Of a stretch of DNA of 64,000 nt, positions 15,001 to 27,200 are shown in pieces. The notes beneath the pieces are model-generated. The model searched no databases, was not told where the DNA came from, and was given only the letters and a program-made list of their open reading frames with translations. Source of the stretch: an uncultured Verrucomicrobiae bacterium (GTDB lineage: Bacteria; Verrucomicrobiota; Verrucomicrobiia; Limisphaerales; JAFGQR01). Made by a program: the position numbers and the translations under genes. The DNA lies in contig CAWBHS010000049.1 in assembly GCA_963788655.1 (NCBI GenBank), forward strand, positions 192,001 through 256,000, read 5' to 3'. The number at the start of each line of letters is the position of its first letter. Position 1 is the stretch's first letter.

Positions 15001-18000
15001 GCCGGGCCACCATCACCGTCCTGGTCGTCGATCCGGGCTTCGGCATGACGTCCACCACCTTCCTGCTCACCGTGACGCCCGTGAACAGCGCGCCGTTCAT
15101 TTCGAATCTCGTCGATCGGACGGTGATGGAAAACGAAGCGACGGCGACGTTGCCCTTCACCGTTGGCGATACCGAAACCTCGGCGGACCGACTTGTGGTG
15201 AGCGCGACTTCGTCCAATCCGACCCTGGTGCCGGCGGCGAACATTCAACTGGGCGGTACCGGTGCCAGCAGGGCTCTGCGCGTGCAACCCGTGTCCCAAC
15301 AAAGCGGCAGCGCGACGATCACGGTGACCGTCAGTGACGGCGTGGCCACCGCGCAGGACAGCTTCGTCCTGACCGTTACCCCGGTGGAAGACGCGCCGGC
15401 CATTTCCAGCATCGCGGACCAAACGACCGACGAAGACACGCCCACGGCTCCCATCGCGTTTGTGGTCAGCGATTTTGAAACGCCCGCGGCTAATCTGGCC
15501 TTGAGTGCGTTTTCCTCTGACGCGGGCTTGGTGCCGGCGGCCAACATTGTCTTCGGCGGCAGCGGTTCGAGCCGGACCGTGACCGTAACGCCGGCGCCCG
15601 ACCAGTCCGGCAACGTGCAGCTCACCATCACTGTGACCGACGAAGATGGCATGTCCGCCAGCAGCAGTTTCGTGCTGACGGTCAACCCGATAAACGATCC
15701 ACCCACCCTTGATCCGCTGGCAGACCTGGAACTAAACGTCGGTGCCGGCGAACAGACCATTGCCTTGACCGGCATCAGTTCAGGCGGCGCCAGCGAAGCT
15801 CAAATCCTGACGGTTGCGGTGGTTTCCAGTAATCCGTCACTCACTTCGCCGCCCACGGTGGAATATGCTCCGGGTGACACGTCCGGTACCTTGCGCTTTA
15901 CCCCGGCGCCCGACGCGGAAGGGACAGCCGTGCTGACGGTGACGGTCAACGACGGACAGGCTGCCAACCACTCCATCAGCCAGATCTTCAGCGTGACGAT
16001 CAGCCAATTGGTCGCCATTTCGGACGTTGGCAATCAGGTGATGGACGAGGACGCCATCGGCACGATTCCGTTTACCGTGAACAACGGGATGGGCAATCCA
16101 GACGACCTGACGGTCACGGCGGTAGCTTCAAATCCGAACCTGCTGGCGGCAACGCAGATTGTCCTGGGAGGTTCCGGCGCCGATCGCACCCTCACCCTGG
16201 CTCCGGCTCACAACCAATACGGTTACACCACCCTCACTTTGACCGCGACCGATTTGAACGGTTACTCCGCCAGCCGCAGTTTCCTGCTCCTGGTCAATCC
16301 GCTCAACGACGCGCCAACGCTCGATCCCATACCGGATTTGGGGCTCGCCGAAGACGCCGGGCAGCAGATCGTCCAGTTGACCGGCATTGGCTCCGGTGCA
16401 TCCAATGAAAACCAGCCGCTGGTCGTCCGCGCCGTTTCCAGCAATCCCGCGTTGGTGCCGCATCCCACGGTGAACTACACGAGTCCGAATGCGTTCGGCT
16501 TCCTGACGTTTGTCCCGGCAGCAGACGTCACCGGCACAGCCACCATCACAGTGACGGTCAACGATCTTCAATCGCAGAACAATCTGACGGCGGTGCAGTT
16601 CGAAGTCACCGTCACCGGCGAAAACGATCCGCCCGTCATTTCGGAAATTGTGGACCAGGTGACGTCCGAAGACACCGTCAAGGTCGTCGCTTTCAATGTC
16701 CACGATTCGGATAATGCCGCCACTGACTTGACGGTAGCCGCGGTCTCGGTCAACACCGAACTGGTGCCGAACGCCAACCTGACCATCACCGGCACCGACG
16801 CCAACCGCTTCCTGCAAATTACACCAGCCCCAAATCAGACCGGCACGGCGGCCATTGCCGTCACTGTTACTGACCCGGCCGGAGCCACAGCGAGTGCTCA
16901 GTTCAACTTAACTGTGGAAGCCAATGGTGACCTACCCGTCATTTCTGCCATTCCTGACCAAACCATTGCGGAAGACGCGGTCGCCGGACCGCTGGATTTC
17001 ACCGTCAGTGACGTGGAGACCGCGACTGAAAACCTGGTCCTCACTGGCCATTCGTTGAATCCTCGCCTGGTGCCCGATGAAAATATCGTCTTCGGCGGCG
17101 TTGGCGGCAGTCGGACCGTGACCGTCACCCCCGCTGCCGACGAGTCGGGCTCGACCTTGATCACTGTGACCGTGACCGACGAATCGGGCAGCGCGGCTAG
17201 TTCAAGTTTTCTGCTCACTGTTTCGCCGGTAAATGATCCGCCGACGATCGAGGGTCCGACCGATCAAACCATGGACGAAGATACGACTGCCGTCGTCGAA
17301 TTTACCGTGAACGATTCCGAAACTCCGGCGGAGGTGTTGCTGGTCACGGTTACCTCCTCGAATCCATCCCTCGTTCCTGAACCGCAGTTGGTTCTCGGCG
17401 GCACCGGCGCCCTTCGCACGGTCAGCATCTCGCCCTTGCCCGACCAATTCGGCTCGGCCACGATTACGCTCACCGTCAAGGATGCCGCGGGCACGACAGC
17501 TCAGGCTTCCTTCGCGCTTACGGTCAACAACCGTTCCGATCTGCCCCTGATCGTGACCCAGCCACAAGCTCAGACCACGACCCTGGGCGGCACGGCCACG
17601 TTTACGGTGACCGCCACTGGTGCCGCGAACCTGCAATACCAATGGCGCCACCAGGGCGTGGAATTGCCGGGCCAAACGGCCGCTACATTGGTGTTGAACA
17701 ACGTTCAAGCGGGTGATGCGGGCGAGTATTCGGTAATCGTCACCAGCGTGGAAGGTTCGGTGACCAGCGACTCGGCGCAATTGCTGATTCTGGTACGACC
17801 CGAATTGGTGCAGATCACGCACGCGGCCAATACGACCCAGGTTTCCTTCACAACCGAGACGGGACACGCTTATACCGTCGAATACACCACTTCCTTGACG
17901 AATCCGGTGTGGACTCCGCTGAGCAGCGGCGTCGCCAGCAGCCAGCTCATGAGTGTTACCGATCCGGAAGCCGTGGAGACGACGCGGTTCTATCGGGTTC

Positions 18001-18011
18001 GGGCTGACTAG
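1..18011 (+). CDS. Giant secreted adhesin-like protein 1 (5' end outside window; >6000 aa when joined): GEVED, DUF11, Ig I-set, proprotein-convertase P-domain, cadherin-like/tandem-95-type repeats, HYR-like repeats, galactose-binding-like domain, C-terminal FYRV domain
   Basis: ORFs 13-4488, 4373-8314, 8271-13190, 13121-14119 and 13950-18011 continue one another mid-repeat across single-base shifts near 4358, 8250, 13152 and 13865. Three 'ARFRFST...DGEVEDY' GEVED motifs, DUF11 'DLAV...LTYT.TV.N.GPS.ATGV' units, Ig 'L.YQW...G.Y.V.V.N..G' units and 'NDPPT...ED' repeats are present. Ends ...TTRFYRVRAD*. Confidence 0.9.
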
Positions 18012-18088
18012 AAATTGTCACCCAGGCCGGCCCGGCGAATTTGAACTTTCCGCCCTGACGGCCGTCCATTGGTTGTTCCCACGACTGT

Positions 18089-18116
18089 TGGACATTTAAG
18101 CAGTTTACGATATTAT
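18089..18116 (+). promoter_or_regulatory. Putative sigma70 promoter for adhesin 2
   Basis: TGGACA-16nt-TATTAT in the only AT-rich patch of the intergenic gap, about 170 nt upstream of the ATG at 18286. Confidence 0.45.
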
Positions 18117-18285
18117 ATAACAATCATTGGCCATCACCGCCCGGGAAGAGGGTTTTTTGCGCCCCTTTCGGAGGCGGTGGGCTGTTGCTTCGCCTGGCGA
18201 ACCGCGGCCTTACGATCAGGTTTGAGCGGTAAGCCACGCGGCGAGCAATCGAATTTAGAGCGCATGTTAATCAGTTGTTCCAACC

Positions 18286-21200
18286 ATGAAAAAACGTACG
18301 ATGAATCCTCTCGCGAGGCGGCGTGATTCAGCAGGCTTTAAGGTGTTGTCCTTGGTTCTCCTCCTGGCGTGGGCGGCCCATCCCGACCAGGCCAACGCCG
18401 GCACCATCAAACCGACCCCGGTCGCGGTCACCCGAAGCCGGACGGTCCGGTTGAGCACCCTGGAGAAATCGGCGGCCAGCAACTCTCTCAGAACCGTCAC
18501 CCGCGAAACTAAAATGTCTCGCGCCGGCACGCCGCCCAAAGCCCCCCGTCAGCTCTTGAACGCGACTCACCCGGCTGGATCGGTCAGTGGTTTTGCCCCC
18601 AGCAGCGGGGGCCCGGATTTGCCCACGGCAATGAGCTCATTGGAATTGCCGCTGACTCCGTTTCCGTCCGCTTCCTTTGAGGCGTTGCCGGATGACGGCA
18701 CGGCCTACGTGCCGGACATCGCGGCCGCGGTGGGCCCCGCGCATTTAATGGTTGCGTTAAACTCCCAAGTACGGATCCAGAACCGGCAAGGCCAGCCGCT
18801 CGGTCCGGTTTCGCTCGACGATTTCTGGGCCGGCTTGGGCAATCCTTCCTGCTCCCAGCCGCGGCTGCTATACGATCCTTATGGGCAACGTTGGGTCTTC
18901 ATTGCCAATGCCAATCCCGGCGAAACCAACGCCGGTCTGGTGGTGGCGGTCAGTCAGACCACCGATCCCACCGGCAACTGGTATCAACACTTCATTTCCA
19001 CGACCACCCCGGTGGATGTCTATGCCGACTGGCCCACCCTGGGATTTAACAAGGACTGGATTGCCGTGCAGGCCAACATGTTTTACCGGGCGACTGACGA
19101 GTTCTATTCCTCTTACGTTTATGCGTTGAACAAGACCAACCTATACGCGGGCCACGACGGTCAACCGCTACGTTTCGCCCTGCTGGAGACTCCGGACGAC
19201 TATCCAGGCGGTTCCCAAATGCCGGCTTACACCTATGACGAAGACTCGGACAAACTCTATTTTGTGCAGTCCGCGTTTGGGGATGATGGCACGGGTTTTG
19301 GTGCGCTGCGCATTTTCAGCCTCGAAGGCTCCCCTCCCAACGCTCCCGTTTTTAACACCACTGACAGCCGGGGCGATCTGGGCCCCGTGGCGTACAGTTC
19401 AGATACTTGGAGCGAAACGCCGCCAACGGGAGTGGATAATTTCGCTCCCCAGCTGGATCTTCCACAAAACTCTCCACTGGCGACGATGATCGCATTCAAA
19501 AGGTCATCTTACCGGGCCAATACACTCTGGGCGGTTCACACCGTTTATGTGCCGGCCGGTGGCGCCCCCGATCGGGCGATCGTCCAGTGGTGGACGCTGA
19601 CCCCGACCCTCGGGGATGTCTTGGAACAAGGCCGCGTGGACGCCGGTCCAAACGATCGCTTCTTTACCTTTCCGAGCATAGCCGTAAATCGAGATTTCGA
19701 TTTGATGATCGGTTATTCGCGGTTCGACCGATCCCATTATCCCAGCGCGGGCTACGTGTTCAGCGGAGGAGGGGATCCGCCCGGTTCAACCCGGGGTGAC
19801 CACACCATCCGCTATGGCGAGGCCCCGTACGCGGTTACCAATTCTTCCGGCGTGAACCTGTGGGGCACCTACAGTGCGACCGTTCTCGATCCCCTGAACG
19901 ACACCGAATTCTGGACGGTGCAGGAATTCGCTGCCCTTCCCGATGCCGACGGTGATCATTGGAAAACGTGGTGGGCGCGCATCTCCCCGGACGTGGATCT
20001 GGCCGTCACCATTCAGGATTCGCCCGATCCTGTGTATGCCGGCGCCGAACTGACCTATACCATCATCGTAACCAATACCCTCCCACGACAATCCCCCGGC
20101 GTGGTGGTCACGCACACCTGTCCCCCAATTCCACATTCGTTTCGGCTGCGGTGCCAGGCGGCAGTTACACCGTTGCCAATGGCGTGGTCACCTGCAACGT
20201 GGGCCTGCTGGGCGATCTCGACGAGCGCGAAATCACCGTGGTGATCCGTCCCGCAACGCAGGGTCAAATTACCAGTACCGTCACCGTGTCAGCAAACGGA
20301 GCGGACCTGAATTCCGACGACAACTCCGCCTCGGCCATAACCACCGTGCAACCATCCGCCGACCTCGCTGTGTCCGTGGTTGATTCGCCGGACCCGGTGG
20401 CCGTCGGCCAGGACCTCACTTACACGGTGACGGTTACCAATCGCGGCCCTGCCATCGCCACCGGAGTGACGCTCACGGACACGCTCCCCGCCAACGCCAC
20501 CTATGTGTCCAGCGTCGCGAGTCAAGGGGCGTGCAGCCGAAACGGCAATCTCGTGACTTGCAATCTCGGCAATATCAACAATGGCGCACTGGCCACGGTG
20601 ACCATCGTGGTGCGTCCCACCGCCTTGGGAACGCTTAACAATCAGGCGCAAGTCACCGCCACCTCGATGGATCTGGTTGCGAGCAACAACACCGCCACCA
20701 GCACCACGCAGGTCAATTCCCCGCCCACCATTTCGTCCATCGGACCGCGGACCATCAACGAGGACACGGCCCTCAGTGCCGTGCCGTTTACCGTGGGCGA
20801 CTCGGAAACCCCCGCCAGCGCGCTCGTCGTTACCGCGTTCTCCTCGAATCCACTTTTGGTTCCCAACGGCAATTTGGGGGTGGGTGGTAGTAGTGCCAAT
20901 CGCACCTTGACGGCGACGCCATTGCCAAACCAATTCGGCACCACCACGATTTCGGTCGTGGTCACCGATACCGGCGGAGCTACCGCCACCAACAGTTTTC
21001 TATTGACCGTCATGTCGGTGAACGACCTGCCAACCATTACCGACATCGTCAACCAAACCATTGATGAAGACACCACCTTGGCTCCGGTGGCGTTTGTGGT
21101 GGGCGACGTCGAAACCGCTCCGGGCAGCTTGTTTGTCTCGGCCACGTCGTCGGATACTACGCTGGTCCCCAACGCGAACATCACCCTGACCGTCAACGGC

Positions 21201-24200
21201 GCCAACCGCACGATCAGCATTTTGCCCGCGTCGAATCGCAACGGCACCACCGTGATCACGGTGACTGTGTTCGACGGCACTGCGGCCAACAATGATACCT
21301 TTGTCCTCACCGTCCGGCCGGTAAATGATCCCCCCACCATCTCATCTCTCTCCAATCGCACCGTCAATGAAGACACGCCCACGGGTAATATCTCGTTTAC
21401 CATTTCCGATCCCGAGACCGCTGCGGGCAACCTGATTTTGACCGGCACTTCGAGCAACAAGACCTTGGTGCCGGATAACCAGATTGTCTTCGGTGGGAGC
21501 GGCGGCAACCGCACCGTCAATGTTATCCCCGCCAGCAATGAATCGGGCACCACCGTGATCACGTTGAGTGTCCGCGACCCGGAGGGCTTATCGACCAATG
21601 CCACGTTCACGCTCAACGTCACCGCTGTGAACGATCCGCCGACGATCGACAACCTCGTCAATCGCATCATCAACGAAGACGGCGGCCAGCAAACCATCAA
21701 CTTGTCCGGTATTTCCAGCGGTGCGGCCAATGAACACCAAACCCTCACCGTCACCGCGAGCTCGAGCAATCCTGGCCTGATTCCCAATCCCGCCGTCAGT
21801 TATGCCAGCCCCAACGCGACCGGCACGTTGACTTTCACCCCGACTGCGAATCTCTACGGCAGCGCCATCATCACTGTTACCGTCCAGGACGGCGGGGCGC
21901 TGAACGGTTCAACGGTCAAGACCTTCACGGTGACCGTGGTGCCGGTCAACGATCCGCCAACATTGAACACGATTGCCGATGTGAACCTCCTGGAGGACGC
22001 GGGCGCTCAAGCGGTTCCTTTCAACGGCGTCAGTTCCGGCGCGTCCAACGAATCGCAAACGTTGAATGTGACCGCGACTTCCAGCGATCCCACCATCATC
22101 CCGCATCCCAATGTCGTCTTCCAATCACCCAACAGCTCCGGCGTATCGAGTTTCACCCCGGTGGCCAATGCTTTTGGCACCGTAACCATTACGGTGACGG
22201 TGAATGATCAGGGAGCTTCCAACAATGTGGCCACCCAGACATTTCACGTCACCGTGGCGCCGGTCAACGATTTCCCCACGTTGACCGCCCTGGGCAATGT
22301 CACAGTGGACGAAGATAGCGGCGAAGACACGGTCAATCTGTCCGGGATCACCAGTGGTGCCTTGAACGAGAATCAAACCCTGACCGTCACCGCCACGTCG
22401 GGTAACTTCGGTCTGATTCCGTCGCCGACCGTGGTTTATGTCAGCCCCGGGGCCGCCGGCAGCCTGAAGTTCACCCCGGCACTCAACCAATCCGGCACCG
22501 CGACCATCACCGTTACGGTCAACGACAACGGCGCCTCCAACAACCTGGTCACTCGCAACTTCACCGTCACGGTGAATCCGGTCAACGATCCGCCGACGCT
22601 CAATCCGATTGCCGACGTCATTATCGCCGAAGACTCGGGCACGCGCCTGGTGCAATTCAATGGTGTCTCCAGCGGTGCCCCTAACGAAAGCCAGACCTTG
22701 AACGTTACGGCCACCTCGAGCAATCCCGCCATCATCCCCGATCCCGCAGTGTCCTACACCAGCCCGAATGCCAATGGCACCCTCTCGTTCGCTCCCCGCC
22801 CCAATACCAGCGGGATGGTGACCATCACGGTAACCGTCAATGATGGCGGCACGGCCCATAATCTTTTTAGTCGCTCGTTCACGGTGACGGTCAGCAACGT
22901 CAACGATCCGCCCACCATTACCAGCGTTCCCGATCAAACGATCGACGAGGACACTTCCACAGCGGCTTTGCCGGTGACGATCGGCGACCAGGAAACCCCA
23001 GCCAGCGCGCTGACATTTATTGCCAGTTCCTCCAACGAAGAATTGATCAGCAGCCAGGACATTCTGCTCCAGGGTTCCGGCAGCAACCGGACCGTCACCG
23101 TCCGCCCCCTGACCAACCAGTTCGGGTTCGCCACTGTTTCCCTGTTGGTCTTTGATGCTGGCGGCGCCTACAATTTCACCGCCTTCAACGTGACCGTTCT
23201 GCCGGTCAACGACCTGCCCACCATCAGTTCATTGGCCGACCAAACTGTTGCCGAAGGTGAGTCCGCCGGCCCCCTGGCCCTGACTGTGAGTGACGTGGAA
23301 ACCCCGGTGGGTAACTTGACGCTCAGCGGCACTGCGGCCAATCCGACATTAGTGCCTTCCGCCAACATCACCTTCACCGGCAGCGGCGCCAACCGGTTGG
23401 TGACCATCCGGCCCGCGGCCAACCAGTTCGGGGTCACCACGGTCACCCTCCGGGTCAACGACGGCTTCGACACGGTCGGCACGATGTTTACGCTGACCGT
23501 CAAAGGCGTTAATGTGCCCCCCACGATCACCAGCCTCGCCAATCAAACGACGGACGAAGATGTGCCGACCAACCCGTTAGGCTTCACCATCGGTGATCGA
23601 GAAACGCCGGCGACCGACTTGACCCTCAAGGCCAACTCTTCGAATCCCACGCTTATCCCCTCGAGCGGCATCGTGTTTGGCGGCTCGGGCAGCAACCGCA
23701 CCATTACGATCAAACCCGCCACCAACCAATTCGGTTCCGCCACGATTATCCTGAGCGTCGAAGACAACGAACCGGTCTGGACTTCCGTCACCAACATTCC
23801 CAACATCAACGGGAATCAGCAGTACGTTACCGTGACGGCCTCCAAGCGTATGCAAGTATTTCGGCTGGCCTCCACGGTCGGCGCTGCCTCGCCCCCGCGG
23901 CTGAGCATCCAACCAAATGGATCCGACCTCAGAATTTCGTGGCCGTATCCGGCAAGTGGCTGGGTGCTCGAAACGGCTCGCACCGTCGGCGCTCACAACA
24001 CGACCAAGTTCCAGGTGACGGTTAATCCGATCAACGACCTGCCGGTCATCACCGTCCCAGCCGCTTTGGCCATCGCTGAAGATGGCGCCACCTCGCTGTT
24101 GCCCTTCACGATTGGTGACGTGGAAACCCCGGCCGCCAATCTGACTGTTGCCGCCGTTTCTTCCAATCCCACTCTGGTTCCGGCCGGCGGCATTGCGGTG

Positions 24201-27200
24201 TCCGGTTCCGGCAGCAACCGCACCGTGCGCGTCACTCCCGCCGCCAATCAATTTGGCACGGTCAACATCACCCTAAGCGTCACCGACGGCGAAGGGGCCA
24301 AGACCGACGCGCCGTTCGCGGTTACCGTTTTCCCGGTCAACGATGCGCCAACGCTGAACGCTCTGGTGAATCTGACCATCGACGAAGACGCACCCCAACA
24401 GACCGTCAACTTGGCGGGCATCACCAGTGGCGCCGCCAACGAGGCCCAAACCCTGGTCGTCATCGCCAATTCTAGCAATCCCGCTTTGATCCCCACGCCC
24501 GCGGTGGTTTACACCAGTCCCAATAGCACTGGTTCCCTGCGCTTTACCCCGGCAGCCAATGCCAACGGAACCGCCACGATTACCGTCACCGTCAACGACG
24601 GCGGCACGAGTAACAACCTTGTGACGCGAACGTTCGACGTGACCGTCAATTCCGTCAACGACCTGCCCACCGTCACCAGCATCGCCAATCAGCAAACGTT
24701 GGAAGACACCCCCACCGCTGATCTTCCCTTCACGATTGGCGATGTGGAAACGGCGGCGGCCAACTTGACGGTGACGGCCACTTCGTCGAACACCAGCTTG
24801 ATCCCGCCAAGCGGCATTGTCTTGGGCGGCTCCGGCAGCGCGCACACCGTGAAGTTGATCCCGGCCGCCAATCAATTCGGCACCGCCCAGATCACTATCG
24901 AGGTGACCGATGCGCAAAACGGCAAGAGCAGTACGACGATCCAATTGACCGTCGTGCCCGTAAATGACCCGCCGACGCTGACGGCACCGAGCAACTTCAC
25001 GATTCAGGAGGACGCCGGAGAACAAAGTGTCACCCTGACCGGATTGACCCCCGGGCCGGCCAATGAAACCGGCCCGCTAATCGTAACGGCAACGAACAGC
25101 AACAGCGCGTTACTGACCGGCCTGACGGTGGATTACGCCAATCCCGCCACCAGCGGCACCTTGCATTTCCAAACGGTGACCAACGCGAACGGCACCGCCA
25201 CAATTACCGTTACGGTCAACGACAGTGGCGCCAGCAACAACCTTGTGACGCGCACGTTCACGGTAACCGTAACGCCGGTCAATGACCTGCCCACGATCTC
25301 CAGCCTGGCCGACCAGAGCACGGATGAAGACGTGCCGACACCGGCGATGGCCTTTACCATCGGCGACATCGAAACGGCTGCGAGCGCGCTGACCGTGACC
25401 GGCAGTTCTTCCAACCCCGTCTTGGTTCCCAACAGCGCTATTGTGCTCGGTGGCACCGGTGCCAACCGGACCGTCACCATCCGGCCAGCCACCAACCAAT
25501 TCGGCACGGCAACTATTACTCTGCGCGTGGAAGACGATGAAGGCGACATCGCCACCATGGACTTCGAATTGACTGTTAATTCGGTGAACGACGCACCCGT
25601 AATCACTGCCCCGGCCGATTTGATCATCGCCGAAGACGGCGCGACCTCCCTGCTGCCCGTTACCGTTGGCGACGTGGAAACGTCCGCCGCCAACCTGAAC
25701 GTCAGTGCAGTCTCTTCCAATCCCACCCTGGTGTCCGCTGGCGGCATCGCGTTGTCCGGCTCTGGCGGCAACCGCACCGTCCGGGTCACGCCGGCGGCCA
25801 ACCAATTCGGTACCGCCAATATCACCTTGACCGTCACCGACGGCGATGGCGCCAAGACTGACGCCGCGTTTGCTCTCACGGTTTTCCCGGTCAATGATGT
25901 GCCGACGCTGAACGCTCTGGGGAATCTAATCATCGACGAAGACGCTCCTCAACAGACCGTCAACTTGGCGGTCATCACCAGCGGCGCCGCCAACGAAACT
26001 CAAACCCTGGTCGTGTCCGCCAATTCCAGCAATCCCGCTTTGATCCCCACGCCCGCGGTGGTTTACACCAGTCCCAATAGCACTGGTTCCCTGCGCTTTA
26101 CCCCGCAAGCCAATGCCAACGGAACCGCCACGATTACCGTCACCGTCAATGACGGCGGCACGAGCAACAATATTGTGACGCGAACCTTCGACGTGACTGT
26201 CAACGCGATTAACGATCTGCCCACCATCACTGGCATCGGCAATCAGCAGACGCTGGAAGACACCCCCACCGCCGATCTTCCCTTCACGATTGGCGATGTG
26301 GAAACGGCGGCGGCCAACTTGACGGTGACGGCCACTTCGTCGAACACCAGCTTGATTCCCCAAAGTGGCATTGTCCTGAGCGGCTCCGGTAGCGCGCGCA
26401 CCGTGAAGTTGATCCCGGCCGCCAATCAATTCGGCACCGCCCAGATCACTCTCGAGGTGACCGATGCGCAAAACGGCAAGAGCAGTACGACGGTCCAATT
26501 GACCGTTGTGCCGGTAAACGACCCGCCGACGCTGACAGCTCCCAGCGACCTGACCATCCTGGAAGACGCCGGTCCGCAATCAGTCGCGTTGACTGGTCTG
26601 ACCGTTGGGCCTTCCAATGAAGCCGGCCCGCTAATCGTGACGGCAACCAACAGTAACAGTGCAGTACTGACCGGCCTGACGGTGGATTACTCCAATCCCG
26701 CCACCAGCGGCACCTTGCATTTCCAAACGGTGACCAATGCGAACGGCACCGCCACCATCACCGTCCTCGTCAATGACAGCGGTGCCAGCAACAACATGGT
26801 AACCCGCAGCTTCACGGTAACCGTAACGCCGGTCAACGATCTGCCGACAATCACGGCCATCGCCGACCAGACCACTGACGAAGATGTGTCAACCCCGGCG
26901 TTGGCCTTCACGATCGGTGACGTGGAAACCGCGGCCGGCGCCCTGACGGTTACCGGCAGTTCCTCCAATCCCGACTTGGTGCCGCCCGCCGGCATCGTGC
27001 TCGGCGGCACCAGTGCCAGCCGGACTGTTGTCATTCGCCCGGCGACCAACCAATTCGGCACCACCACAATCACTCTGCGTGTGGAAGACGGCGACAGCGG
27101 CAGCGTTACCACAGACTTCGAACTGACCGTCAATGCCGTCAACGACGCCCCAACGATCACCCAACTGCCCGACCAGGCGACCGACGAAGACAGCCCGAAA

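Noticed and set aside
19465..19510. Odd peptide NSPLATMIAFKRSS in adhesin 2
   Set aside because: The adjacent frame reads LSTGDDDRIQKVI, which fits better. Two compensating indels explain it as an artefact.
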